A DNA stretch of 64,000 nt from assembly GCA_038227875.1 (NCBI GenBank), contig JBBRPR010000005.1, forward strand, positions 1-64,000. The letters run 5' to 3'. The translations under genes were made by a program, and so were the position numbers. The notes under the pieces are model-generated. The model saw nothing but the letters and a program-made list of their open reading frames with translations, was not told the origin of the DNA and did not search any database. The stretch comes from Planctomycetota bacterium. GTDB taxonomy: Bacteria; Planctomycetota; SZUA-567; H5-PLA8. Positions 49,032 through 59,036 of the stretch are shown piece by piece. Each line of letters starts with the position of its first letter. The first letter of the stretch is position 1.

Positions 49032-49682
49032 TTAAGAGCAGTACGGGTTGTTATCGCGCTCGTCTTCGATGGTCGTGTCGGTTCCGTGGCCCGGATGGAC
49101 GATCGTCTCGCCCGGCAGCGGGAAGAGCTTCTCCTGGATGCCGGCGACCAGCATGTCTTCACCTTCGCCGCCGGGAAGATCCGTGCGCCCGATGCTTCCG
49201 GCGAAGAGAATGTCCCCGCAGAACAGATGCGGCGGACCGTCTGCCGCGGGCTGCTCGACAAAGTACGCCGTCCCGCCCGGCGAATGACCGGGCACGTGAA
49301 TCGCCTTCAACTCCAGCCCGGCCGCGCGAACCATGTCCTCGTCTTTCACGATCTGATCGGGCGGCGGCGCGGTCACCGAGACGCCATAAAAGAAGCTCAA
49401 GTTCAGCGTCGGCTTGCTCAGCCATTCGACTTCCGCTTCCGGACAGTAGATGGGCGCGTCGGGGAATTCGGCTTTCAGCGGCGTCAGCGCGGCAATGTGG
49501 TCGCCGTGACAATGCGTCTGCACAAACGCGGCAATGGTCAGCCCCTTCTTGCGCAGCGCGGCGCGGATCTTCTCGGGCTCGTCGCCGGGATCAAAGACGA
49601 TGGCGTCGGTGGCGCCGTCTTTCCACAACACGTAGCAGTTCTCCTGCAGTTCACCGCACACGATCGACATCGATTGCAACAC
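49032..49682 (-). CDS. Metallo-beta-lactamase-fold hydrolase
   Basis: THCHGDH, PGHSPG, GDILF and HPGHG motifs; AAGGAG RBS. Confidence 0.92.
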   Translation of the reverse strand: MLQSMSIVCGELQENCYVLWKDGATDAIVFDPGDEPEKIRAALRKKGLTIAAFVQTHCHGDHIAALTPLKAEFPDAPIYCPEAEVEWLSKPTLNLSFFYGVSVTAPPPDQIVKDEDMVRAAGLELKAIHVPGHSPGGTAYFVEQPAADGPPHLFCGDILFAGSIGRTDLPGGEGEDMLVAGIQEKLFPLPGETIVHPGHGTDTTIEDERDNNPYCS

Positions 49683-49711
49683 TACGCTGCTCCTTGGTGT
49701 GAGCTCTAAAG

Positions 49712-50509
49712 TTATCGCCCGCCGCGCTTCCACCAGTCGGGGTCCTGCTCCCAGGCTTCGCGGCGTTCGGAAGGATAGCCTTCCATGTCGCCGTACATGA
49801 TCGCCTGCTGGCGCGCGCGGTAACTGCTGTAGGCCAGTGATCCGAAGAGGAAAATAGGCCACAAATCGCGTCCGTCAAAGGTATGTCCGCGGCTGGTGCG
49901 GTAAATCTGGTAGCCGATCCAGGCGAAGCACAGCCCGATGGCTGTGTAGATGGAGATGGTCAGCGCGAGCACATCGCCGTGGCGCGGAGCTTTCCAGCGG
50001 ATGATCTCGCGGCAGATCTGGCCGCCGTCGAGCGGGAAGACCGGGAAGAGATTCATCACGCCCCAGACCAAATTGAACCACATCAGGCTGCTGGCCGCCC
50101 ACGTGTAATAATCGTAGGGATGGAATAGATCCCACTGCTTCCAGTACGCGACGCCGATGACAATGCCGCCAAGAATGAATCCCGCGCCCGGACCCCAGAG
50201 CAGCTGAAAGATGCGTGGCCAGCGTTCAGGCACGCCGCGGTCGGAGACGCACAGACCGCCGGCGTAGTAGAGAATCGTATAGTTGCGCGTATCGCCGTAA
50301 TACCGGCCGCAGAAGGCGTGGCCGTATTCATGGACGACGACCGAGACGAACATGCAGGCGATGCTGATCATGACGAAGGCGAAGTGAATGTCCTTCTGAT
50401 AACTGAACGCCAGCGCGACCAGCCAGAAGCCCGGATGGACCCGGAGCGGGATCTTGAACATGCTCCATTTAAGATCCCATTGCGTGCGCCCGGGTTCGGC
50501 GATAATCAT
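49712..50509 (-). CDS. Site-2 (M50) intramembrane protease
   Basis: HEYGH and NLFPVFPLDGG motifs. Confidence 0.9.
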   Translation of the reverse strand: MIIAEPGRTQWDLKWSMFKIPLRVHPGFWLVALAFSYQKDIHFAFVMISIACMFVSVVVHEYGHAFCGRYYGDTRNYTILYYAGGLCVSDRGVPERWPRIFQLLWGPGAGFILGGIVIGVAYWKQWDLFHPYDYYTWAASSLMWFNLVWGVMNLFPVFPLDGGQICREIIRWKAPRHGDVLALTISIYTAIGLCFAWIGYQIYRTSRGHTFDGRDLWPIFLFGSLAYSSYRARQQAIMYGDMEGYPSERREAWEQDPDWWKRGGR

Positions 50510-50696
50510 GTGCGGAGTTCTCGTTTTCGGATGTTGGATTTCAGGCCGGGAGATTACGCTGTACTGCGGTTCACTGCCCTCAACCCAACTCCATGCTTCA
50601 ACCGTCAGGAGATAGCTTACGCGCACGGACTCGAAAATCCAAAATCAAGAATCGGAAAACGCGCCCCCGGCTCCGGGCGCGTCCGCGCCTATAGCC

Positions 50697-51422
50697 GTGG
50701 TCACCGGCGCTTCCCGAGGCATCGGCCGCGCGTGCGCTCTGGCGCTGGCCCGGGGCGGCTTCGACATCGCCGCGCACTTCAACGCCAACGCCGCGGAAGC
50801 CGAAACGCTCACCGCCGAGATCACAAAACTGCCGCCGCGCCGCGCGCAGAGTTTCCAGGCGAACCTGTCGGCTCCCGGTGCTGCCAAAGAGCTGATCGAC
50901 GCTGTCGCGAAGTCCTTCGGCCCGCCGACGGTGCTCGTCCATGCCGCCGGGATCATGGTCGAGAAACCCTTGAGCTTCACCAGCCCCGCCGACTGGGAGA
51001 GCCAGTTCGAACTCCACGCCTTCTCAGCCGCCGCGCTCTCGCAGGCGATGCTGCGCTACGTCCGCAAATCCGAGCACGGCCGCATTGTTTACATCTCGAG
51101 TCTCGCGGCAATCAGCGGCCTGGGGAACGGCGCTGCGTACGCTGCATCCAAAGGCGCGCTGATTGGCCTGTGCAAAAGTCTAGCCTTGGAAGCCGCGCGT
51201 TGGAAGACCACCGTCAACTGCGTCGCCCCCGGCTACGTGACCACGGACATGACCGCCGCTCACGACGAAGAGCGGCGCGACGCGAACATCGCCAAAATCC
51301 CCCTCGGACGCTACGGCACGCCGGAGGACGTGGCGGGAATGGTCGCGTTCCTGTGCTCACCGCAGGCGGGGTGGATCACGGGGCAGACGCTGGTTTTGGA
51401 TGGCGGGATGAGCTTGGGTTGA
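50697..51422 (+). CDS. SDR oxidoreductase (FabG-like); true start probably upstream
   Basis: TGASRGIG, YAASK and VNCVAPG motifs. Confidence 0.9.
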   Translation: MVTGASRGIGRACALALARGGFDIAAHFNANAAEAETLTAEITKLPPRRAQSFQANLSAPGAAKELIDAVAKSFGPPTVLVHAAGIMVEKPLSFTSPADWESQFELHAFSAAALSQAMLRYVRKSEHGRIVYISSLAAISGLGNGAAYAASKGALIGLCKSLALEAARWKTTVNCVAPGYVTTDMTAAHDEERRDANIAKIPLGRYGTPEDVAGMVAFLCSPQAGWITGQTLVLDGGMSLG

Positions 51423-51516
51423 TCAAACATAATTTATTTTCCGTTTCCTTGTAACCATCGCCTACAAACCCTTAAATAGACACTGCACCACCAGCACCAC
51501 GGACCGGAGAACGCGA

Positions 51517-53823
51517 ATGAGTGCATGCAAGAGCTGCGGCGAAGAGATGCAGAGCGCGACCAGCGACGTCTGCCCCAAATGCCTTCTCGGGCTGGGCGTC
51601 ACCACCCAGATCGAAAAGCCGCTGGAACCGGGGATGATCTTCCACGGACTGGAGATCGCACAACTGCTCGGCCGCGGCGGCATGGGGTACGTCTACAAGG
51701 CCCGCCAGCCGCAGCTCGACCGCTTCGTCGCAGTGAAAGTCCTCCCGCGCTCGATGGGCGCCAGCGAAGAATTCTCACAGCGCTTCATGCTGGAAGCCAA
51801 GGCGCTGGCGTCGCTTTCGCATCCCAACATCGTCTCCGTCTTCGATTTCGGCCGCGAAGGCGATCAGTACTTCATCGTCATGGAATTCGTCGACGGCACC
51901 AATCTCCGCCCGGTGCTGCGTGCCAACAAGATCAGCCCGGCCGACGCACTGAAGATCATCCCGGTGCTCTGCGATGCCCTGCAGTACGCGCATTCCAAGG
52001 GCGTCGTCCACCGCGACATCAAGCCTGAAAACATCATGCTCGATCTCAACGGCCACGTGAAGATCGCCGACTTCGGCCTCGCCAAGATGACCAACCTCGG
52101 CAACAACACGCCGAAGATGACGCAGACCAACGTCGCCATGGGCACGCCGCACTACATGGCACCGGAGCAGTTCGAGAGCGCCAAGTCCGTCGACCACCGC
52201 GCCGACATTTATTCCATGGGCGTGCTCTTCTATGAAATGCTGACTGGCGAGCTGCCGATCGGACGATTCGAAGCGCCGTCGGTGGGAAGACTGGAAGTCG
52301 ACGTGCGGCTCGACGAAATCGTCCTCCGCGCGCTCCAGAAGGAACCGGGCAAGCGCTACCAGTCGATGGGCGAAGTCAGCCGCGACGTCACGCGCGTCTC
52401 GAGCATTTCCCTGTCCAAGAGCCAGGTCGAAGCGCAGAAGCCCAAGACGCTCTCGCCGATGGTCGCCACCGTCGGCGCGATCGCGCTGGCGCTGGGCTAT
52501 GCCATCTATTCGATCGCCGCATCGCAGGCGAAGGACGCGCACGCTGTCGATTCAAAGACCACCGTAACCACGACCGGGACGGCCGCGACTCCGCCGACAA
52601 CGACATCGGTGGAAAGCGCGCCGCCCAAGACCGACGACAAGAAGGACGTCTGGCCGCTGGCGACGCTCGCGGACACCGAACTGCCGCCGGGCTGGAAGAT
52701 TGTCAAGAACGATGAAGCCGCCGACCGCGCCGAACTGTTGAACCTGGCCAACTGGTTTCGTCTCGGCGACCGCGTGAAGGACATCGAAAAGGCGCGCAAA
52801 TTGGAACTGGAGAACACCGACCATAACAAGATTCAGTTGCTCGCTTACAACTGCCGCTCGCAAGATGGACTCGACGGTTGCCTGACGTTCATGATGAAAA
52901 ATTACCTGCCGCAGTGGAACCATTTCCTGATTCAGAAGGACAACATGTTCCTCGTCGGCGCCGGCGACAAGGTCGGCAAGGTCACGCCCGACCTGGAAGA
53001 GCTCGAAGACACGCTGCGCAAGAAGATGGGCGCAACGCCCGCCAAGCGCCACGACGCCAGCGACGCCGCGACGCGCGTGCTTCCCGCCGGCTGGGTGGAA
53101 CTGAAGAAGAGCGTCTCCGGCGAAACGACGCCGGTGGTCGCCAAGTACCGCGGCGACCTCAAACCGGTGCTCGCCGCGTTCCCGTACCTGCTGCCGCTGA
53201 AGCCCGAAGAGATCCGCGACGGCTGGGTGAAAAGTTTCGGCGAGCCCAGTGCCGGCGGCGCTCACGCCGACGTGCTTTCGCTGCGTTTTTACGAGACCGA
53301 AGACGCTCGCAAATTCGCACGCCGTTCGCAAAATCCCGACCCTCCGAAAGACACAGGGATGCTGATTCTGCAGGACGATGTCCATGTCGTCTTTGTGCTG
53401 ACTGCCGACATCAATCCGGCTCACAAGGCCGGCTACGAGGCGTTTGAAAAAACGATGCGCGAAGGGATGCGCGCGTACAGCGACAGCCATTACGTCACCG
53501 CCAAGGTGCTGAGCGCCGTGCGCACTCAGGCCGGAATGAAGCTGGAACTTGAGCTCACCGGCGCCAACGCCACCGAATTCAAGCGCGCCGGCAAGTGGAC
53601 TCTGGACGTCTGGGCGAAGGGCTTGAAAGACGTGAGCGTCGAGGTAAACCCGCCGGCCGACTTCACCTACGCCGACGAAAAGTGGCACGCCACGCTTGAG
53701 CTACCAATCGCCGACAAACTCAAGTCGCTCTCCCCCGAAGCCGAACACATCGAATTCCGCGTCGACTGGACGGCCGGCAAGGGGAACACGTTCGATATTC
53801 CGGCGATGCCGGTGCCGAAGTGA
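51517..53823 (+). CDS. Ser/Thr protein kinase with N-terminal Zn-finger, TM and duplicated extracytoplasmic domain
   Basis: CKSC..CPKC, GRGGMG, HRDIKPEN, DFG, GTPHYMAPE; LPPGW and LPAGW repeats. Confidence 0.92.
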   Translation: MSACKSCGEEMQSATSDVCPKCLLGLGVTTQIEKPLEPGMIFHGLEIAQLLGRGGMGYVYKARQPQLDRFVAVKVLPRSMGASEEFSQRFMLEAKALASLSHPNIVSVFDFGREGDQYFIVMEFVDGTNLRPVLRANKISPADALKIIPVLCDALQYAHSKGVVHRDIKPENIMLDLNGHVKIADFGLAKMTNLGNNTPKMTQTNVAMGTPHYMAPEQFESAKSVDHRADIYSMGVLFYEMLTGELPIGRFEAPSVGRLEVDVRLDEIVLRALQKEPGKRYQSMGEVSRDVTRVSSISLSKSQVEAQKPKTLSPMVATVGAIALALGYAIYSIAASQAKDAHAVDSKTTVTTTGTAATPPTTTSVESAPPKTDDKKDVWPLATLADTELPPGWKIVKNDEAADRAELLNLANWFRLGDRVKDIEKARKLELENTDHNKIQLLAYNCRSQDGLDGCLTFMMKNYLPQWNHFLIQKDNMFLVGAGDKVGKVTPDLEELEDTLRKKMGATPAKRHDASDAATRVLPAGWVELKKSVSGETTPVVAKYRGDLKPVLAAFPYLLPLKPEEIRDGWVKSFGEPSAGGAHADVLSLRFYETEDARKFARRSQNPDPPKDTGMLILQDDVHVVFVLTADINPAHKAGYEAFEKTMREGMRAYSDSHYVTAKVLSAVRTQAGMKLELELTGANATEFKRAGKWTLDVWAKGLKDVSVEVNPPADFTYADEKWHATLELPIADKLKSLSPEAEHIEFRVDWTAGKGNTFDIPAMPVPK

Positions 53824-53824
53824 G

Positions 53825-53944
53825 GGAAGGACTGAGGACTGAAGAACAAACTCCCCGCGTGCGGGGAGTTTTTGTTTGCACGATTTCATGAACGAAGCGA
53901 CGCGTCATAACCTCAGTCCTCAGTCCTCGGCCCTCAGTCCTTCC
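53825..53944. repeat. Heptamer (GAGGACT)n inverted element containing a terminator
   Basis: ggactgaggactga ... ctcagtcctcagtcct; hairpin AAACTCCCCGC/GCGGGGAGTTT with T-tract. Confidence 0.75.
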
Positions 53945-54041
53945 GTTCCCGTCCTTCCGTCTCGATTTCCTGTATACAACCCGCCCGCGCTTACGTTCCC
54001 TATTCTAGCGACGTACTTCATAAATCCGCGAGGTGACTACC

Positions 54042-55697
54042 ATGCTGACTCGATTGCTCATGTTCACCACACTCTTCCTTTTCCCGATCGCATCGGCGGC
54101 GACGCCGACGACTCCTGAGGCGCAGCTGGGCAAGCGGTTGTTTTTGGAGACTCGGTTTGCGCAGGCGTTTTTTGCTCAGGCGCACGGGAATGTGAATGCT
54201 ACGAACATCTCCGGCGATCCGGCGCTCAATGAAACGGTGACGGCCGGGAGCAACCTGCCGGGTCCGTTTGCCGGCAAGACGATGAACTGTCGCGCGTGCC
54301 ATCTGGAAGACGAGCAGCTGAACGCGGCGGGCGGCGGGATGCGCACGTATGCGGACTTTGCGCGGCGCAGTCCGATTCCGGCGCGCGAAGACGGGAAGGT
54401 GTCGACGGTGCGGAACTCGCCGGCTCTCGTCAATGCGACGCTGCCGCGGCCGGAATTCTTCCTGCATTTCGATGGTGAGTTTCCGTCGGGGACGGATCTG
54501 GTGATCGGTACGTTTACGGGGCGGAACTTCGGCTGGCTGGCCAGCGAGAAGGCCGCAGCGGTCAAGCATGTGGCCAACGTAATTCGCAATGACGACGGGA
54601 CGAGCGATCTGGACCTGCAATTCGGCGGCAGCTACGCCAAGGTCTTCGCCGGAGATTCGAGCGTGCCGGCGGCGTTTCGGCTGAGCGGCAAGTCGCTGCT
54701 CGATGTCAAGAAAGCCACCGATTCACAACTGCTGGTCGCGGCCGGACAGATGATCACGGCGTATCTGGACTCGCTGCGCTTCTCCAATACTTCGCCGTAT
54801 GATTTGTTCCTGACCAAGAACGGTCTGCCGACGCAGCCGGACGCCGAAGAAACACCGGTGGCTTACGCGCGGCGTTTGCGTACGGCGGTCAACGCGCTGA
54901 CGGCGCCGCAGTTTGTCGGCGCGGCGGACGGGAAATTCGGCACGCACGCGATTCCGTTTGTCTTCGGGCCGGGAGAACTGGCGGGCTTGCAAGTCTTCCT
55001 GGCCGAACCCGGCTCGCCGGCGCCAGGCACGCCCACGCAGCAGCCACCGCCGCCGCCACCGGGCGCGCCGCCGGCCCCGGCTGGCGGAGTCGGCAACTGC
55101 ATCGCCTGTCACGCGCCGCCGGCATTCACCGACTTCCGCTTCCACAACACGGGCGTCTCGCAGTTGGAATACGACGGGATCTTCGGCGCGGGAGCGTTCC
55201 TGCAGCTGCAGATTCCATCGCTGACCGACCGCAAGAAAGGCGCGGCGAAATTCCTGCCGGCGAGCGCCAAGCATCCGGGCAACTCAGGCATCTTCCGCGC
55301 AATTCCGTCGGCCGATCATCCCGGCCAAGCGGACTTGGGCATGTGGAACGTCTTCGGCAACCCGGACATTCCCGGTCCGCAGAAGGCGCTCAAGACACTG
55401 CTGACGGCGACGCTGGGCAAACTGAAGGACGACGCGATCCTCGACAAGACCATTGCCACGTTCAAGACGCCGGGCCTGCGCGACCTGCTCGACTCGCAAC
55501 CGTTCATGCACAACGGATCGCTGGACAACATCGGGCAGACGGTGCAGTTCTACATTCAGGTCAGCCAGCTTGCGCGCAACAACCAGCTCCGCAACGCCGA
55601 CCCCGAAATACCGAAGATCGGCTTCACGCCGCAGCAGGCGCAGCAGCTGACGCAGTTCCTCAATGCGCTGAATGAGGATTTTCAGGATGGGAATTAA
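54042..55697 (+). CDS. Di-heme cytochrome c peroxidase/MauG-family protein
   Basis: Signal peptide, LGKRLF, CRACH, RNSP, CIACH, FKTPGLRDL, PFMHNGS. Confidence 0.85.
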   Translation: MLTRLLMFTTLFLFPIASAATPTTPEAQLGKRLFLETRFAQAFFAQAHGNVNATNISGDPALNETVTAGSNLPGPFAGKTMNCRACHLEDEQLNAAGGGMRTYADFARRSPIPAREDGKVSTVRNSPALVNATLPRPEFFLHFDGEFPSGTDLVIGTFTGRNFGWLASEKAAAVKHVANVIRNDDGTSDLDLQFGGSYAKVFAGDSSVPAAFRLSGKSLLDVKKATDSQLLVAAGQMITAYLDSLRFSNTSPYDLFLTKNGLPTQPDAEETPVAYARRLRTAVNALTAPQFVGAADGKFGTHAIPFVFGPGELAGLQVFLAEPGSPAPGTPTQQPPPPPPGAPPAPAGGVGNCIACHAPPAFTDFRFHNTGVSQLEYDGIFGAGAFLQLQIPSLTDRKKGAAKFLPASAKHPGNSGIFRAIPSADHPGQADLGMWNVFGNPDIPGPQKALKTLLTATLGKLKDDAILDKTIATFKTPGLRDLLDSQPFMHNGSLDNIGQTVQFYIQVSQLARNNQLRNADPEIPKIGFTPQQAQQLTQFLNALNEDFQDGN

Positions 55698-56623
55698 TTG
55701 GGCACTTTCAAATCGTCAAAATCGCTTCCGGACCCATACACAACCACAAGTCGAAGCGGAAGTCTGGGTTTGGTGCGCTGCAGTTTTAGTTTGAGAAGTG
55801 CCATCGCCTTATTGAATAACCTTTTCCCCGAGTCGTAATTCGGAGAATCATAGTTCGGCAGGAGCGACTTCCAGTTGGTGATTTTGACTTGCTGGTCGAA
55901 ATCCGAGACATCGACATACCTTTTAAGTGGCGGACCATTCCTGATCCATAGCCACGTTGTCCAGCACTCGTCGATTATGGAAATACCCACGATGCCAGGG
56001 CTCGGACGTTGGTCGAACATGTTCTTGATTGCCTCAAAGCACTTCGTAGCGAAAAGCTCGGCTGCTGTACGCGGATCTTTCAGATTCCTGCTTTGCGCGA
56101 ATAGCTCCGTCGCATCACGAAGCTTTCGCAACGGGTACTTTTTGGATTCATTGAATTCTTTCAGAATGACGTCACCAACATAAAAGACCGCATTTACAAA
56201 TTCGGGTTTACATACAAATGTCCCGTTGATGCATCCGCATGTCTTCGATGATTTTCGAAATTCCTCTTCGGTTTTAAAGATTGCCTTCGATTTTGGCAAT
56301 GCAAGGAATAGAGGGCCAGATTTCTTGATCCCCGTTGCGCGTTGCGAATATGTATTGACCTTCAGTAGTGTGAAGTCTGTCATTTGGTTCTTTAAAAACG
56401 GAATCATGTAATTGCTGAAAAGCGGTCTCGAAAGTATGCCGCACCACACGGATGGGTAAAGACCCGAGCGCGCATCCTGAACCAACTTCAATTTTGAAAG
56501 TTTCATTGCTTTGCCGCGGTAAATCTTCGCTACCTCTCTTTGGCAAAGCGGTGCCATTGCTTCCAGAGATTTGCACGCCCGAGTATTTCCAACTGGAACA
56601 AGAATCTCTTGCTTCATACCCAT
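55694..56623 (-). CDS. Low-GC hypothetical protein
   Basis: 309 aa ORF filling an AT-rich gap; GAGG upstream. Confidence 0.65.
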   Translation of the reverse strand: MGMKQEILVPVGNTRACKSLEAMAPLCQREVAKIYRGKAMKLSKLKLVQDARSGLYPSVWCGILSRPLFSNYMIPFLKNQMTDFTLLKVNTYSQRATGIKKSGPLFLALPKSKAIFKTEEEFRKSSKTCGCINGTFVCKPEFVNAVFYVGDVILKEFNESKKYPLRKLRDATELFAQSRNLKDPRTAAELFATKCFEAIKNMFDQRPSPGIVGISIIDECWTTWLWIRNGPPLKRYVDVSDFDQQVKITNWKSLLPNYDSPNYDSGKRLFNKAMALLKLKLQRTKPRLPLRLVVVYGSGSDFDDLKVPN

Positions 56624-56627
56624 TCCT

Positions 56628-57578
56628 CTAAATTGTTTTTAACCAATTACATATAGCGGACTTGCTGGCGGCCAGACCTTTGTAGCGCAGCGAATCCGGG
56701 GTCATCGAGTCGAGGGCGGCGATCAGGGCTTGGCGTTCCGTGGGGGTCAGGTCCTTCGCGCAGTCCAGGAAGATCGTGCGGATCGTAAAGAGGGAGCCGT
56801 TTTCAAGTGGGAACGGCGAGAGCGTCTGGCGTTCGATGCGCAGGAAAAGTTGCGGTCGCTGGGGATCGAACTGGCGGCCTTTAAATTCGTTCTGTGGGTG
56901 GTGGTTGAGCGCGTCGTCGGTGGCCGGTCCCCAGGCGAAGCGCACGGACGGGGCTTTGGTCACCATGCCGTCGACGATGCCCGGCGCGGCTTTGTAGAGG
57001 CGCTCAAAACCAGCGACGGGGGCGTGAACGGTGTTGAACGGGCGCCCGATTTTGTCGGCGGCGGCCCAGTGGTTGGGAAAACAGAGATGCACGGCCGCCA
57101 GCCATTCGCGTGTGCCACCCGGCTCGCGCGTCCAGACGGCGAGGTCCTCCTGCAGGTTGCTGGCCAGCGCGTCGAGCGCATCGCGGTACGGCGGCGACGC
57201 GACGCTGCGTTGCGCGGTGAGAATAAAGTTCGGCGCGAATTCCAGTTCATCGCCGGTCAGCGCGCAGCGCAGGCGGCGGCCGTCGAAGGTGAAGAAATCC
57301 GGCCATTCGGCGACGAGCTTCTCGATCAGGTATCGCGCAACGGCGCTGCGCAGCGCGTCGGAAAGTTCAGCGTGCGGCGGGTAGTATTTGTCCAGCCGCT
57401 CCGCGCGGACGCGGAGTTTCTCCTGCCGGTAACGCGTGAAGTGCTGGTCGAATTGGAAGACTTTCTGGTCCAACGCGCCGTTTCCGAAATCCGTACCGAG
57501 CGGCCGTAAGCCCACGGCGACGTCGTAGCGACCGTTGGCGGGCGGAAAGTAACGGGGCGGCGGCGGCAGGTCATGCAT
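56628..57578 (-). CDS. DUF3445 / heme-dependent oxidative N-demethylase alpha-like protein
   Basis: LQEDLAV, LCFPNHW..DKIG, VHAPV, FLRIERQTL, LFTIR. Confidence 0.85.
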   Translation of the reverse strand: MHDLPPPPRYFPPANGRYDVAVGLRPLGTDFGNGALDQKVFQFDQHFTRYRQEKLRVRAERLDKYYPPHAELSDALRSAVARYLIEKLVAEWPDFFTFDGRRLRCALTGDELEFAPNFILTAQRSVASPPYRDALDALASNLQEDLAVWTREPGGTREWLAAVHLCFPNHWAAADKIGRPFNTVHAPVAGFERLYKAAPGIVDGMVTKAPSVRFAWGPATDDALNHHPQNEFKGRQFDPQRPQLFLRIERQTLSPFPLENGSLFTIRTIFLDCAKDLTPTERQALIAALDSMTPDSLRYKGLAASKSAICNWLKTI

Positions 57579-57619
57579 GGACCGTCTTTAGACGAGACTG
57601 CCGCCGGAATCAACGACGC

Positions 57620-58258
57620 TTATCGGCGGCCGGCGACGTTGGCGTAGAACGGCGCCTTGTTGGGCGCCTGGAACTTCGGCTTTTGGGCTTCGCCGGCCGC
57701 GGCTGTGACGAACTTGGCCTCTTTGACGACCACGGGCGGTTCGGTCGTGTCCGGTTTTGTCCGGTTTTGGCCGGTTTCCGGAACAGGTTCGGCGGCGGTG
57801 TCCGCTTTTGTCCGGTTTTGGCCGCTTTCCGGTTCGGCGACGGCTTCGCCTTCGGACTCGCGTGTTTTTTCGGCTTCTTTGCGTTTGAGTTTGTCGAAGT
57901 AGACGAACTCGCGCCACTTTTCGTTGCTCGCCTGGCGTTCCTGTTGCGCGATCAGTTTCATGCCCAAGGCGATCGCTCGTTCGTGCGTTTTTTCGTCGTG
58001 AGAGTTGAGCATTTCGAAGGCTAAATTCATGGCGTTTTTGGCGAAGGCTGCCTGGTCGGCGGCGGCGATGGCCATCACGGTCTGAGCCATCGTGCGCGCG
58101 CCGTCGCGCTGGGTTTCCAACTCTTCGCGGAAGTCGGGATTCTTGATCCAGCGGCGGAGCGTGCGGTCGCTGATTTTCAGCTCTGCGGCGATTTCATACT
58201 GGCGATGTCCGGCGACGAGCAGGTCGATGGCACGGTCGTGGATCGGTTCGAGCGTCAT
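57620..58258 (-). CDS. HTH protein (terminase small subunit-like HTH) with GQNRTK repeats
   Basis: AAAGGA RBS; RAIDLLVAG..EIAAELKISDRTLRRWIKNPDF. Confidence 0.75.
   Translation of the reverse strand: MTLEPIHDRAIDLLVAGHRQYEIAAELKISDRTLRRWIKNPDFREELETQRDGARTMAQTVMAIAAADQAAFAKNAMNLAFEMLNSHDEKTHERAIALGMKLIAQQERQASNEKWREFVYFDKLKRKEAEKTRESEGEAVAEPESGQNRTKADTAAEPVPETGQNRTKPDTTEPPVVVKEAKFVTAAAGEAQKPKFQAPNKAPFYANVAGRR
57747..57832. repeat. Two 35-bp direct repeats with 10-bp internal periodicity
   Basis: GTGTCCGGTTTTGTCCGGTTTTGGCCGGTTTCCGG and GTGTCCGCTTTTGTCCGGTTTTGGCCGCTTTCCGG, 51 bp apart. Confidence 0.85.
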
Positions 58259-58466
58259 GGCATATTCCTTTCTGAACCCACGGAGCGACACGAAGGCGCT
58301 AAGCGCTTTGATTCGGTGGCTGGTTGTGTGGGAGAAAGTTGGCGACTGCCGGACCGCGTTTCAGCGATAAGGACGGACAGCCGCAGGTGGGCTTACATTA
58401 CCCTAAACTAGGGGCGGAATGCAAGGGGAAAGTGGTGAGAATGTCGAAGGTCAAATGCCCAATTCC

Positions 58467-58850
58467 CTATCCAATACTCTTTAGAATTACGTCTGCCAAG
58501 TCTTCGACGACGGACTGATCTAGAGACGGCACTTCTGTACTTTTAAGAAAGCCTCGCGCTTTAGCGTTGAGCGTTAATCCTGAAGCCAGTGGGTACATGA
58601 TGTTTTCGCAGCAATCGATGATCGCATCAGAATTCATGATTTTGCCAAAAAGATCGGCTCCTTTACCGCGAAAAGTTGGACCCTCTTTTTCGTCATAGCT
58701 GCAATTAATTTCGTCAAATAAGTCGGGACGTGACTCCCGCAAAAATCGCCACATGGCAACAAAGCATGGGAAAAAGTGTCCCCATGACTGAAGGGGTATA
58801 GTGCAGAGTTCTTGTCTTAGATGCTTCTCAAGTTCCAATGCGCTGGACAT
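58467..58850 (-). CDS. Low-GC hypothetical protein
   Basis: AT-rich ORF between heptamer arms; start MSSALE. Confidence 0.6.
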   Translation of the reverse strand: MSSALELEKHLRQELCTIPLQSWGHFFPCFVAMWRFLRESRPDLFDEINCSYDEKEGPTFRGKGADLFGKIMNSDAIIDCCENIMYPLASGLTLNAKARGFLKSTEVPSLDQSVVEDLADVILKSIG

Positions 58851-59036
58851 GGGTGAGCGTCCTGAAAATCGGAAGCGGTTAAGGACCGATAGTAGCTGAG
58901 CGATCTTGCCGACGAGGTTCTTGTTCGCGGTGCGCACCCATCCGAATTCTTCGAATTCGGATGGCCACCCTCGCGGGTATTGCGTGTCGAAATTGCTTTG
59001 CGGCGTCCATTCGACATTCGACGTAATCGATCTGAA

